Of a stretch of 64,000 nt of DNA, positions 25,001 through 36,166 are shown in pieces. Positions within the stretch are counted from its first letter, which is position 1; each line of letters begins with the position of its first letter. A model generated the notes under the pieces. That model was not told where the DNA came from, did no database searches, and saw only the letters and a list, made by a program, of their open reading frames with translations. A program made the position numbers and the translations under genes. The stretch is from Marsupella aquatica (lineage: Eukaryota; Plantae; Marchantiophyta), in the NCBI GenBank assembly GCA_973895155.1, contig OZ316894.1:20218451-20282450 (forward strand). The letters are read 5' to 3'.

Positions 25001-26902
25001 TGGCGACAGGGCGGCCGTGATCTTGCAGAACACAATGCTTATATGTATTTCTTGGATAATCTCAATCGTTCTTCAATGGAAGTTGGCTCTCGTGATCATC
25101 TCTGTTAGTCCGTTGCTTGTGTTGTCAAATATGGCCCAGGTATGCGTCCTTTTCCCGTCCCTCTTCCAGCTTTGTCTCTACCCTTTCAATTACAACCACC
25201 TGTTACGCACGAGATCGAATTACTTAAACGTAGGAGAGCTATGGGAGGTCTAATACGCTCATGGTCCTGCCACAAGAGGCCGGACGTTAAACAAATTCAG
25301 AATCCTCTCGCTCAATCTCCTGTATTCCCCCACACATAGATACCCGTATTTGAATGCATCTTCGGTGGAAATGGGAGCAGCTTATTCATGTAAAAATTCT
25401 TTGTTCGGTCGGGTGATTCTAAAATAGGTAATCATGCTTTGAATTTTTCTAGAAGAATATAAAATTCTTTTTCTCTCCAAGTATGTAAGACTATAATGTT
25501 TCTTAAAGATAGATATTAGGGTTTTCTGCAAGTATTTAACGGACACAGGTTGGTACAGGTGGGTTTGGGGAGTGACGGTGATATTTATTTAAAAAGAAAA
25601 TAGACTCCTTGAGCGATGGTTGTATAGGAAAAAGCTTGATGAATTGGTTGATTGTTGCAGAAACTGTTTATAAAAGGCTTCTCCGGAGACCTCAGCAAGG
25701 CATACATACGCGCAACACAAGTTGCCGGCGAGGCAGTGACCAACATCCGGACAGTGGCAGCATTTCATGCTGAGGACAAGATCCAAGCTTTGTTTGCAAA
25801 AGAGCTGAAAGGTCCATCAGGCAGAAGTTTTCTTAGAGGACAGGTAGCTGGATTCGGGTTAGGACTTTCCCAATGCCTGATGTACTGCTCCTATGCATTG
25901 GGCATGTGGTACGCCGGCACGCTCATCAATGGCGATGGTGCCAAGTTCGGGAATGTGATCAAGGTCTTCTTAATCTTGATCATTTCTGCAACTTCTATGG
26001 CTGAGACCTTGGCCCTCACTCCTGATCTAGTCAAAGGAGGTCAAGCGGTGGAATCTGTATTCGAGGTGCTCGATCGAAAGACGACCATTGAACCTGAAGA
26101 TCCCGAGGGAGCGCAGGCAGATAAAATATCAGGAGAGATTCAACTTAAGAACGTTACATTTGCTTACCCTTCCAGACTCGACGTAGTCATCTTCAAGGAC
26201 CTGAACTTGAAGGTTCGGTCTGGTCACAGCCTTGCTCTTGTGGGAGCCAGTGGGTCAGGCAAGAGTTCAGTGATAGCTCTAATAGAGAGATTCTATGATC
26301 CTATTTCCGGGCAGGTTCTCATCGACGGGAAGGACATGAAGAAGTACAATTTGAAGTCAGTGCGTCGACACATTGCTCTCGTATCACAAGAACCGGCTCT
26401 CTTCTCATGCTCCATCTCCGAAAACATTCTCTATGGGAAAGATGGAGCCAGTGAGGCAGAGGTGATAGAGGCTGCGAAGGCTGCCAATGCCCACAAGTTC
26501 ATCAGCTCTCTTCCGGATGGATATGAGACTCAAGTAGGGGAAAGGGGCGTGCAACTGTCTGGTGGACAGAAGCAAAGGGTTGCCATTGCTCGTGCTGTGC
26601 TGAAGGACCCTGCAATCCTCCTACTGGATGAAGCCACGTCTGCATTGGATGCCGAGTCAGAGAAGATCGTGCAGGAAGCACTCGACCGGTTGATGAAGGG
26701 CAGAACTACGGTCATGATAGCCCACCGTCTCTCAACCATCCGAGGGGCTGACACCATTGCAGTTGTTCAAGACGGTACCATTCTTGAGGAAGGTTCCCAC
26801 GACGATCTCATTGCGAAAGGTGGCGGGTATGCCCGCCTCATCAACCTCCAAAACCGCCACCAGGAGCCGAGCCAGGAGTATGGTGAAATCTCGAGGGTTT
26901 GA
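19067..26902 (+). CDS. ABCB: Full-size ABC transporter B family (MDR/PGP, ABCB1/ABCB19-like), 11 exons, ~1332 aa
   Basis: Exons 19067-19537, 20333-20387, 20585-20760, 20889-21089, 21462-21721, 22043-22359, 22515-22738, 23262-23647, 24010-24434, 24898-25139, 25661-26902. All introns are GT-AG, phases are consistent, total 3999 nt. Start context CCACCATGG. Two Walker A ([16 protein letters not shown]), two LSGGQKQR signatures, two [23 protein letters not shown] layout. Confidence 0.96.
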
Positions 26903-29900
26903 GGGGAAATCTAGAGGGATTGAAGGAGATCCTTCTCGTTCTCGTGAAACCTACTGGAAATGAGGGAAAATTTTCTGGGTCTGCTGAAAGCTCCTGGGAT
27001 GGAAGGAGAATTGTGATGGGGAAAACTGTTTTTTCTCCTCTCTGTTCTTGCTCAACCAGATCGTCGTCGCGTCGCTGCCGTTGTTCTTCTGCATTGTTCA
27101 GACAGGGCTCACTAAAGCTCGCCTAAACTGTCTGATGTAGCTCAGATCTTAAGGGCAGATATTGGAGGCAGGCTATAGGGAGGACGTTTTTGCCTTTTGT
27201 GTAGTGACGCGCCTGTGCGAGCGCCTGAGGAGCAATTTTGAATTCATATTTCTTTCGGGACAACTCTTCACAAACCAACATTCGGATTTCCTCCCAACCT
27301 CGAGAATGATCAGGCATGGGGTAAATCCTACGACTGATGCCTATTCTACTTCAACTATACCGGTGGCCGACTTTTTCATGAGATAATTTGGACTCTTCGT
27401 CAAGGGGGGCGGGCTTGTGTGGGTGTAGTTGGTGAGCTTCTGGGGAACTGTGAGTCCCACATTTGCTCCGCATCGCTTGTTCATTCGTTGAGTCTTCTCT
27501 CTGGACGTGCCTGAATTCAGCACGTCTGCCTCTTTGGCTCTCAGAGATTTAGGATCCTGTCTTTGCTCCGCGGCCGGTCGGTCTCTGGCGATTTACCTCG
27601 TGTATATCTATCCTTTTGAGTCATTCAAGCATTGTCACTGGGAAGAAAAGTTGCCAAGATTCGGGAAATGTATCCGTGAAACATTTCACGTGTGCCTGTC
27701 CCCCACCACCCTGGTTACAATGAACTACAGTAGCCCATAGCTGAGCATCAAGTTGACAAATTTAGGATTGCGTGGCCAGTATAGCATGATTGAGGCAAAG
27801 GTGAGATTTTAGAGCCCAAGAGATCTACAGTCGACCTCTGGGCTTCGTGCAACAAGTGCAGCATAGATAGGCTTGTAAACAATCGTGTTCCCAACAAGAA
27901 TTCCCTTGAAGGTAGGGAAGGAGATGATTTGCTAGAGCACCCCACCCTCTAGAGCGACGATCTACAACTTAGAGTTCTTGATTAGATTTGGGCAATGTCG
28001 TCTGAGGAAATGATTAGATATGGGCAATGTCGTCTGAGAAAATACATAGTTGGTAAGACCTCGATAACCTGGCCCTCCAAGAAGAACCAAGGAGAGAAAA
28101 TCGGTTTTCGTTTCCAATCATCTATAGGTCAAGCTGCATCTGAAGCCGAGACTTGTCACACCTTTGTGTCTAGTCGGATTTCAATCCAACCCAATTATGG
28201 AAAGAAATGGAGATATGAAGAAAATAGAGACACATACAAGTTTGTCTTCAATTGGCGTTATTTTGGAAAATATTAAGTGACAAATTTCATAACACGGGGG
28301 ATGCCTTTTTCTTTGTGTCGAGACGGAGTCACTCTCTGTAATAGCTGACCACAAGATAGTCGGTTCATTCTTCAAACGAAACATTGGTCTTGCCGAGTAT
28401 CAAGAGTGTCTCTGCCTTTTGCTGGAAGATATCGAGGAGCAAACCAAAATTGCTGTTTGCTTGAGACTCCCAGAGTACAACAAGTTTGACCAAGCGGGGA
28501 TTGACGTGGAGTTGGAAAAGACAGAGAAGTAGAGAGATTTCACTTCCCACCGACTACTCAATGAAGACATCCGTTTCCCAATAACACCAGAAGTAGTTTC
28601 TAGAGATACTCTTACCTTCTACTTCACGAGTATTTTTGAGTGGAGTAAGGAAGATTTTGTTTGAGACTTCATCGTAGGGAGAAAAGGGGAGATCCGTCCG
28701 GGAAATCTGCCAGAGGAAGTTAACGACAAGAACGAAAAGGAAATGTTCAGTAATCTTCTGAATGAATATAAATCAGTGACTTTGTTTGAAAGAAAATCCT
28801 TTGAGCTGGCAACACTTCGATGTAAATTAGGACCTGATGACTACAAATGCCGAGTCTTTGATCGGAAATACTGTGAAGTTCTGAAGGGCTCAATGATGGG
28901 TCATTCTTCCCTCGCACTCGAGTAGACTCGAGTCTACCTCGTTCCAGTCGAGTGGGATGTAGGCAAAGCTGAGAACGATCCATTCTACAATGGAACTCCC
29001 TTCAAGTCTTGACCAACACTTGAAGATGTGAAGAACTGCTACTTCTGGATAATTGGAGGACAACATACAATTGAGGCTTACAAATTGCTGATTGCCGATC
29101 CGAAATTTGATTCGAAAAAAAGAGAGGAACTCCTCATGGTTACAGCCACTCTCTTCTGGACACCGTTCAATCTCGTTGAGAATACGAAGATTATGGGCCT
29201 CTCACAAGCTTTGAACAACATGAACAAGGCAACAATGCCAGAAAGTCAGTGCCTTCTGATGGCAAAGCAAGTCAGGAAAATCTGGGTGTCGGCCGAGAGA
29301 CCACCATCATTGAGCGGACAAAAAGCAAAGTCAATGTGGAAAGTATATTAAGTTGTCTTTGACTTGGGTCATTTGATAAATAATTGCAAGAGCTCGAGCC
29401 GCGGAACAGTGTTCCATGGGATCCTGAGATCTTCATTATTCTTATCTTTCTCACTCTGCTTTCTACATTTGCAGCCATTTTGTGTCGCGGCCCATATTGC
29501 GTACCCAACAGCTGTCATGGTCAATGGAAACATGAGATTCATCGAGATGGCACCGTTTTTGTTTGAGATGAAGGACAACACGTTTGAGCTCTGGATGGAA
29601 GTTCAACGTCTCTCAGAAGATGGTCTGCTCGTCCACTCAAATAAAGTTCTCCAGCACATAGCAAAGCCATATCAGGATAGAACAACGTGGCATCTCCGGA
29701 GAAGGTTTTTCCGGCATATGCAAGGTCTTGAAGATCGAGATCTGAAAAAGCTGGCAAAGTATTTGATTTTGAGAGAGAAGGTGTCGCTCTTCCCGAATAG
29801 GACGAATGACAAGAATTACGACCCTGTTCAAATGGAAGGGTGGAGGTCACTTGAGGAGTTTTGCCTCGAAAAAAGAATAAGCATATTTTTGAATGCATAT

Positions 29901-31259
29901 TTTTGTTGGAGTTCACTAAGAGAAGCAAAATCAACGAATTCCGCATTTTGAGCAAAGATGAAAGGAAGGAGAAGGTTGCTGACGTTCGCAGCTTTTCCAT
30001 ATTGATGGGCAGCGGATGCATATGCTAAGGGAGTTGCTACCTCCTGGCCTATATCAATCTGGAAGGCTCAACAACATGAATTGGGCAGAATCGATCGATC
30101 TTATTCCGGCTTCTTTCAAAGGTTTGGTCGACTCAATTTCAAGATCTGTCGACCGGAACGGAAATTTGCTTGTGGTGAAAAAAAATGATCTGTTTCATTT
30201 GCAATCAATTGAAGGGTTTGGAGGAAGGAACTTTTTTGATGGTTTGTCCCAAACCTATGAGAATACACCGGTGGACCTTTTCTATTTTGATTCGACGAGG
30301 ACATCTGAGTATGGTCTATACGACCATCATTTCTATCGTCGGTTTTTCCAAGCAACTTCTACTATTGGAGGTGCGCGACATAAAGTTGTGTTGATAGTCA
30401 ACCCTTTGGAGATTATCGACGTCATGCGAGGCATCACTCCAACAAAGAAATACATATGTCTCCCCGCCCAACTCACTTTTTGGAGCTCCAAAAAAACAAA
30501 AATGACATCTTGTTAGAAGTAGAAGGCCGAAGAACACAGTATGTCTTGTATTCCTTTTTTGATGAAGCGTTTGTGACTTCGACGCTTCCCGAAGAAAAGG
30601 AGTCATCTTTGAGAGACTCCTTGAGGGGGAAGCTTGCAAATTATGACGAAGTCGACGTTGCGGAGAGTCTCAACGACGAGAAAACTGCCACATATTTTTC
30701 ATATCTTGTGAAACTATTTCTATCCTCTGGTGATTCCGTTGTTTGTTTTGGTGACAATCGTCGTCTCATTGAATGGTAAGTGTGATTTCTGAATTTATTT
30801 AAATTTACATGTTTCTCGCAAGTTTAAACTCAATTCGATGACTAATGAACACAATTGATTCTCTCACATAGGGGAATTCTATATTTGTGACAAGTTTCTG
30901 CCCTGTCGAGAGCCACGACCTCTTGTCTGACTACTTCAACGCATTGTATCCGTCGTTCGAAGAGCCAAAATGTCCGAAGCGTGAGACATTTGAAAACCTC
31001 CTCTGGAGAAAGATTTTGAAGAAGAAGTCAAATTTTGAAGTGAGGGACGATATCCTCGACATACTCAACGAGAGCTATCAACTCACGTATCATCAAATAG
31101 AGCATGTCATCAAGGAGTATGGGTTACAAGAGCAGCCTGATAACAATGATGATTGCCTTCTCTACTCCCTTCCTCAGATCCTTCCATCAGGACCTCTTGG
31201 CGGTACGTGTTTTTAAAGTTAAAGTTGATTTTTTGTTTATGTGATCATGCCATTGGAGT

Positions 31260-32100
31260 TAGAGATTTGCCGATGGAACTATGTTCTACGGGGCTACCCT
31301 AAATTTGTGGACGGAACAGTGTTTCGCGGGGTTCTTCTTAAGTCTTTGCTGATGGAACGGGTTTTCCGCGTGCTTAGTCGGATTTGCCCACAAAACGCTG
31401 TTCCGCGGGGTTCTTCGTAAGTCTTTGCCGACGGAACGGTGTTCCACGCGCTAAGCCGGATTTTCAAACGGAAAGCTGTTGCACGCGCTGAGCTTGGGGG
31501 TTTCACTTCCACAAAAATGGCATATCACGTGCGACGAAGGATAGGGTCATTTTATTGGTTGTAAGGGAAGACTTAAGAATTTTTGTAGAAGAACTATAGG
31601 GTCTTTTAAATTCAATTTTGAGACTTATAAGAACATTAGGGCCTTTTTAATCCAAATTTTGGAATATTCCAAGAATATTCCAACTTTATAGGGGTTAAAA
31701 AGTAATTTTTTTTCTTACATTTTAGGGGGTCCAAGGCCTAAAAACGTCGCAGGTGATGAGGAGGTCCCCATGTAGTGAGACCCCCGAGGCGCCGAGTAGG
31801 ATTTGTGGACGGACTGGTCTCCCGCACACTTAGTTGGATTTGCGGACAGAACGGTGTTCCGTGCGCTTAGTTGGATTTGCGGATGGAACGGTGTTCCGCG
31901 CGCTTAGTTGGATTTGCGGATGGAACGATGTTCCACGCGCTTAGTCGGATTTGCAAACAAAATGGTGTTCCGCGCGCTTAGTCAGAATTTTGGACAGAAT
32001 GGTGTTTTGCGCGCCTCTTTGGATTTGCGAATGGAACGGTGTTCCGCGCGCTTAGTCGGATTTGCAGACGGAACGGTGTTCCGCGCGCTTAGTAGGACTT
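31260..32100. repeat. 37-bp CpG-rich tandem repeat array in an intron, split by a MITE
   Basis: Unit TTAGTTGGATTTGCGGATGGAACGGTGTTCCGCGCGC (TAGTTGG at 31831, 31868, 31905). Internal inverted repeat GGAAC-GGT-GTTCC. Confidence 0.9.
31493..31788 (+). mobile_element. 296-bp MITE of the P-like family
   Basis: TIRs CTTGGGGGTTTCACT / AGTGAGACCCCCGAG (13/15). TSD GCGCTGAG (31485-31492) / GCGCCGAG (31789-31796). The right end is homologous to 4033-4096. Confidence 0.85.
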
Positions 32101-33759
32101 GCTGGTTTTGTTAATTAAAACAATTTGGAACTTACCTACAAATGGATTTGGGTGATATTAGGTGTTGACCCTCAGACGCATTCAAGCAAGAGATTACCTA
32201 GTCCATTGAAGAGACTCGATTACCACAATGAGGAATTGGAGTCGGGTGACAAGAAAGACCAAGATAAGGAGAATGAGAAATCTGAACGCGAGGAGGAGGC
32301 AGATGATGATGATGACGGGGATGATGACAAGAACGACGATGAGGACGATAATGACTCGCAAAGGGGCGAACAACGTTCCAAATCCAGATGTGATCGTGAA
32401 GGAAGCAATTTACATTCTGATGGGGATTCCGAGAGCGAATCAGCGAATGCAGATTTTGGGAATGAGGGTTGGTCACCAGGTGGGGAGAGTGAAAAGTCAG
32501 TAGGAGATTCAGAGGATTCTGAAAGTCGGGAAAGAGAAGCCAAAGTGTTGAGGAAAAGAAGGCGGAGTTAGAGAAAGAGCTTGAGTTCGCAGCAAAAAAA
32601 CTCAAATTTGACTTGAAGTCTGCCTCAGAATCAAAAAAGAATGCTAATGAGGACGAAACCTTAGGGAAAAAAGAAAAAAAAGTATACGTGTCAAAAAAGA
32701 AAAACAAAAGAAAACTGAAGAGTTGGAGAGGAAGGAGCGACAGAAAAAGGAACGGCAGGAGAAAGTGGAGAAGAAGAGCAAAAGCAGAGAGAGGAAAGGG
32801 AGAGGAAGGAAAGGGAGGAGAAAGATAAGGAGGAGGAAGAAGAGAGAAAGGATCGAGAGGAGAAGGAGAGGGAAGAGGGTGAACGGAAGCAAAAGAAAGA
32901 TGACGAAGAACAAGAGGAGGAAGAGCATGAGGGGGATGAAGACAACGAAGATGATGAGAAGGAAGAGGAAGAAGGGAAGAGGAAGAAAAAGAAAGATGAC
33001 AAAGATCAAGATGAAGGGAAACAAGAGGAGGAAGAGCACAAGAAGGAGGAAGACGAGGGGAAGGAGGACGATGGAAAGGAAGACAAGGGAAAGGAGGAAG
33101 ACAAGGTAAAAGAGGAACATGAAGAGAGGGAGAGGAAAGAAGCCGAAGAGAGAAAAGAGAGATTTATTTTATACATACATAGATGTATCACGTCCAGAGA
33201 TATTTCAGGTCGTATTGCCACTTAAGCGCTGTGCATTGATTCATAGTTCATCATAAACATAGCATCCACTGTTTTGTTTCATACATTCAGGATACATGTG
33301 CGCCATATGCATGTTAGAGACAGCTCTATTCAGTAGAAACCAAATGCTACTATTTACCATATATCAATATATTTCTCATCCAAGTTGATCACGACGACTC
33401 CTGTTCGACTCTGTTTTTATTAAGTATAGAACCTATAGACAGGTTTTATATTACCACGCAGCATTGCTTAGCGCCATACTGGGTGTATGCTGGGTGACGG
33501 TGTTACTTCAATGCTGTGTCCACAGCATCAAGCATAGGCCGTAATCTATTCCCGGGAATGGACGGACTATATCCATTCACTTATCCAGTGTCTTCATTCA
33601 GCCCCCACCACTGGATCGACATTAGTCTTAGGAAACATAATGTCTGGTCCCATGTTTCTGCAGCATTGTCTAGACGGCTGCGGGGAGACATGGGCCAGAG
33701 ATAGAGTAGTCACATCAGCTTTATTCCAACATTACATTCTTCAGCTTTCAACCGGGCTT

Positions 33760-35900
33760 TCAACATTGCCTGTAATAACATGAATAGACGGAAACAGAAA
33801 TATCAGGAACAGTGTGTGTACCTGACTGAGTGGAGACCTGGTAACAAGAGTAGTGTCTCCTCTCATCATCACTGTCCACCTCCGGCAAATTTTCAGCGTG
33901 AGTCCACTCATGACTTGAGGACCGTGTGTGCTCAACAACTTTTGAAGTGACAACGACCACCAAAGGTGCCTCCACAACTGGAGATACTACAATTATGACT
34001 GATGGTACTAACTCCTCCTTGATGGTGACCAGCCTCTGCTTGGGAACGTCCACTACGGGCTCTTCCCGTTTGGTGACCAACTCCTTTGCAGGGGTGAACT
34101 CAAGCGGGTCAACCGCTTCCGTGGCGAGAAAGTTGACGTTAGCTTCTTTGAGTGGGGGTGGTGGCCCCTTCTTCTCTGGTGCTCCGGCTTGTTGAGCCTT
34201 GATTGCTTCCAAGGTTGGACAGTGTGGTGCAAGATGTCCCTCCCCCTTGCACAATTGACACAACCGGGCAAAATCTCCGTTCCCTTGACGTGTGGGCTCC
34301 GGGCACACGTTAGTGTAGTGGCCAGCCACTCTACAATTGTAACAAATAGGGATCTTTCTTACCCCCGGATACGGTGGCCTATTCCCAGGAGTAGCGTTGG
34401 AGTAGTTGGCATATGGGGGTGCTCCAGCGTTAGTTGAGATCCCATGAATGCTCCTTGGTCCCGGGTTGAGCGGCTGCACACTATACACATTGGCCTCCGG
34501 TGGCTCCTCCATGAAGTACTCGACTAGCCCCTCCGCTGCATAGGAAGAGGTTGAGTAGCTGGCTCCTTCAACGTCCTCCTCTCGTACTTGGAAAACCTTG
34601 GCTGGTTCTCCCGCTGGACACTCCTTCGGGGCATGACCAAACTTCATGCACTTGGTGCACCACACGTTGGCTCTCTCCACTGGAACCTTTCTCCTCTCTG
34701 GCTTGAGACCTGCAAAGTGCACCTTCAACGCTTTCATTTGCTCTGTCAACTCATCATACCTGGCCTCTTGCTCCTTGAGACGTCTTGCCGTAGACAATGG
34801 GGTAACGGCCACCGTGGGTAGCACAACTTCTCGATGAGTCAACTTCTTGGCCTTCTTGGACAACTTCTTCTTCCTCTTCTTTCGCTTCTCAGCTTCTGAC
34901 TTCGTAGTGTCTGACTCCATAGTGCTCTCAGAGTCCTCGGATTCATCACTACCATCCGACTTGGATTCACTTGATTCCTCACTAGAGGAACTGTCCACAG
35001 GCTTCAACTTCTTTCTTCGACAGCGCTTGCTCGTGGCATCGGTGGCAGTGTATGACTCCGCTGCTGCAATAGCCTCAGCCAATGTGGTTGGCTTGGCCTG
35101 TCGTACAAAGAACCCCATCTTGCTTGGTAGGGCAGCTACAAACCACGCTTGTCGCATAGCATCATCCGTACGGGCTTGTATCCGCCGTACTAGCTTCTGA
35201 AATCTTTGCAAGAACCTCCGTAGCGACTCTTTCTTCTTCATTCTAAGTTGACCCACCTTCAACAGGGATGTGGCTTCCACTCCAATAGATTGGAACTCCT
35301 TCAAGAATGCTTGCTTGAACAAAGCCCAATCAGCTTTCACGTTGGGTAGCAACGAGATGAACCAGGGGCCTGCCTCCCCCCTCATCATTCCAGGAATGAT
35401 AGTGAGCTTGTGGGCAGATTCTCCATTGGCTTTAGCAATCCTTCAACGTCTTATTCGTCTGGGTCATCTTTTGGTCTTCCCTTGAAGGGTATGTACTGAA
35501 CATGGGTATGTTGAGCAGCTGCCATTGGTGCAGCTGGTCCCTGTATCAACACAGGCGGTAATGGCGTATGTTGGGCCACTGGTAAGGGCAATGCTGATAG
35601 GTGTGAGATGATTTGTGGCAATGCAGTGAGCTCTGGGATCAGATTTGGCCGTAACTCAGACTGCACCAACACAAAGGGCTCCCCTTCTTCTAGCACATGA
35701 TCTACGTCTGGCTCTTCGTCTGGACGTATGGCCTCATTGTGTTGAGACCCTTCTTGTGGCACACCAACTTGTTCTTCTAGCTCCCGTGGCAACCTTCTCT
35801 CTTCTGCAAGCCGTAATCGTCCTTCGGCAGCAACCCAAGAGGGCACTCAGTCTAGCTCAGGCGTACGTGAGTGTTGGGGGCTTGCTCTTCCTCCCCTTCT
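33760..35900 (-). pseudogene. gag: Ty3/gypsy gag (capsid plus three CCHC zinc knuckles), frameshift/stop near 35450, no pol downstream
   Basis: Retrotrans_gag-like MRGEAGPWF...WALFKQAFLKEF...KESLRRFLQRF. Knuckles CTKCMKFGHAPKEC, CYNCRVAGHYTNVC, CQLCKGEGHLAPHC. No protease, RT or integrase motifs follow. Confidence 0.85.
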
Positions 35901-36129
35901 TCCTCTCGGCATCCCATTGAGACCTGCATGCCAAGCTCACACAAAAATATCACCAAAAAATCTTCTCAAACATCAACCGTCGCAAGTTGCGTTGTGGTTG
36001 ACGTACAATAACAGAGTAACCAAAAACACTTCTCACGTATCAACCGTCGCAAGTTGCGTTGTGGTTGATACGCTTGAAATCCAAATAGACGTAGCTCCCC
36101 TCCTCCTGCAACCAAACAAGGAGAAGGTT

Positions 36130-36147
36130 TCCCCGGCAGCGGCGCCA
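36130..36147 (-). promoter_or_regulatory. Primer-binding site, tRNA-Asp type (Athila/Tat-like)
   Basis: Minus strand TGGCGCCGCTGCCGGGGA, one mismatch to the canonical TGGCGCCGTTGCCGGGGA, about 19 nt from the LTR end. Confidence 0.85.
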
Positions 36148-36166
36148 AAAACAAGGACCACACTTA

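Larger units (their letters stand above)
28293..33160 (+). pseudogene. Decayed multi-exon gene: ParB/Srx-like domain, degenerate N4/N6-methyltransferase-like region and charged low-complexity tail
   Basis: One frame runs 28293-29342 through isolated TAG/TGA stops (…DYKCRVFDRKYCEVLKGSM…VYLVPV…FWIIGGQHTIEAYKLL). Introns 29343-29474 and 31203-32161 preserve frame; a third lies at 30776-30871. Later motifs are PVDLFYFDS and EKTATYFSYLVKLFLSSGDSVVCFG. D/E/K/R-rich region at 32162-33160. Domain names are inferred from motifs only. Confidence 0.5.

Noticed and set aside
31260-32100. CRISPR-like 37-bp palindromic repeats
   Set aside because: Head-to-tail units without spacers; this is an intronic minisatellite.
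32198-33221. Minus-strand Phe/Leu/Ser-rich 'membrane' ORFs
   Set aside because: Antisense shadows of the purine-rich charged low-complexity region.
33728-33736. AACATTACA matching the LTR outer end (38711-38719) as a remnant second LTR
   Set aside because: Only 9 bp match, with no extended similarity and no adjacent PPT.
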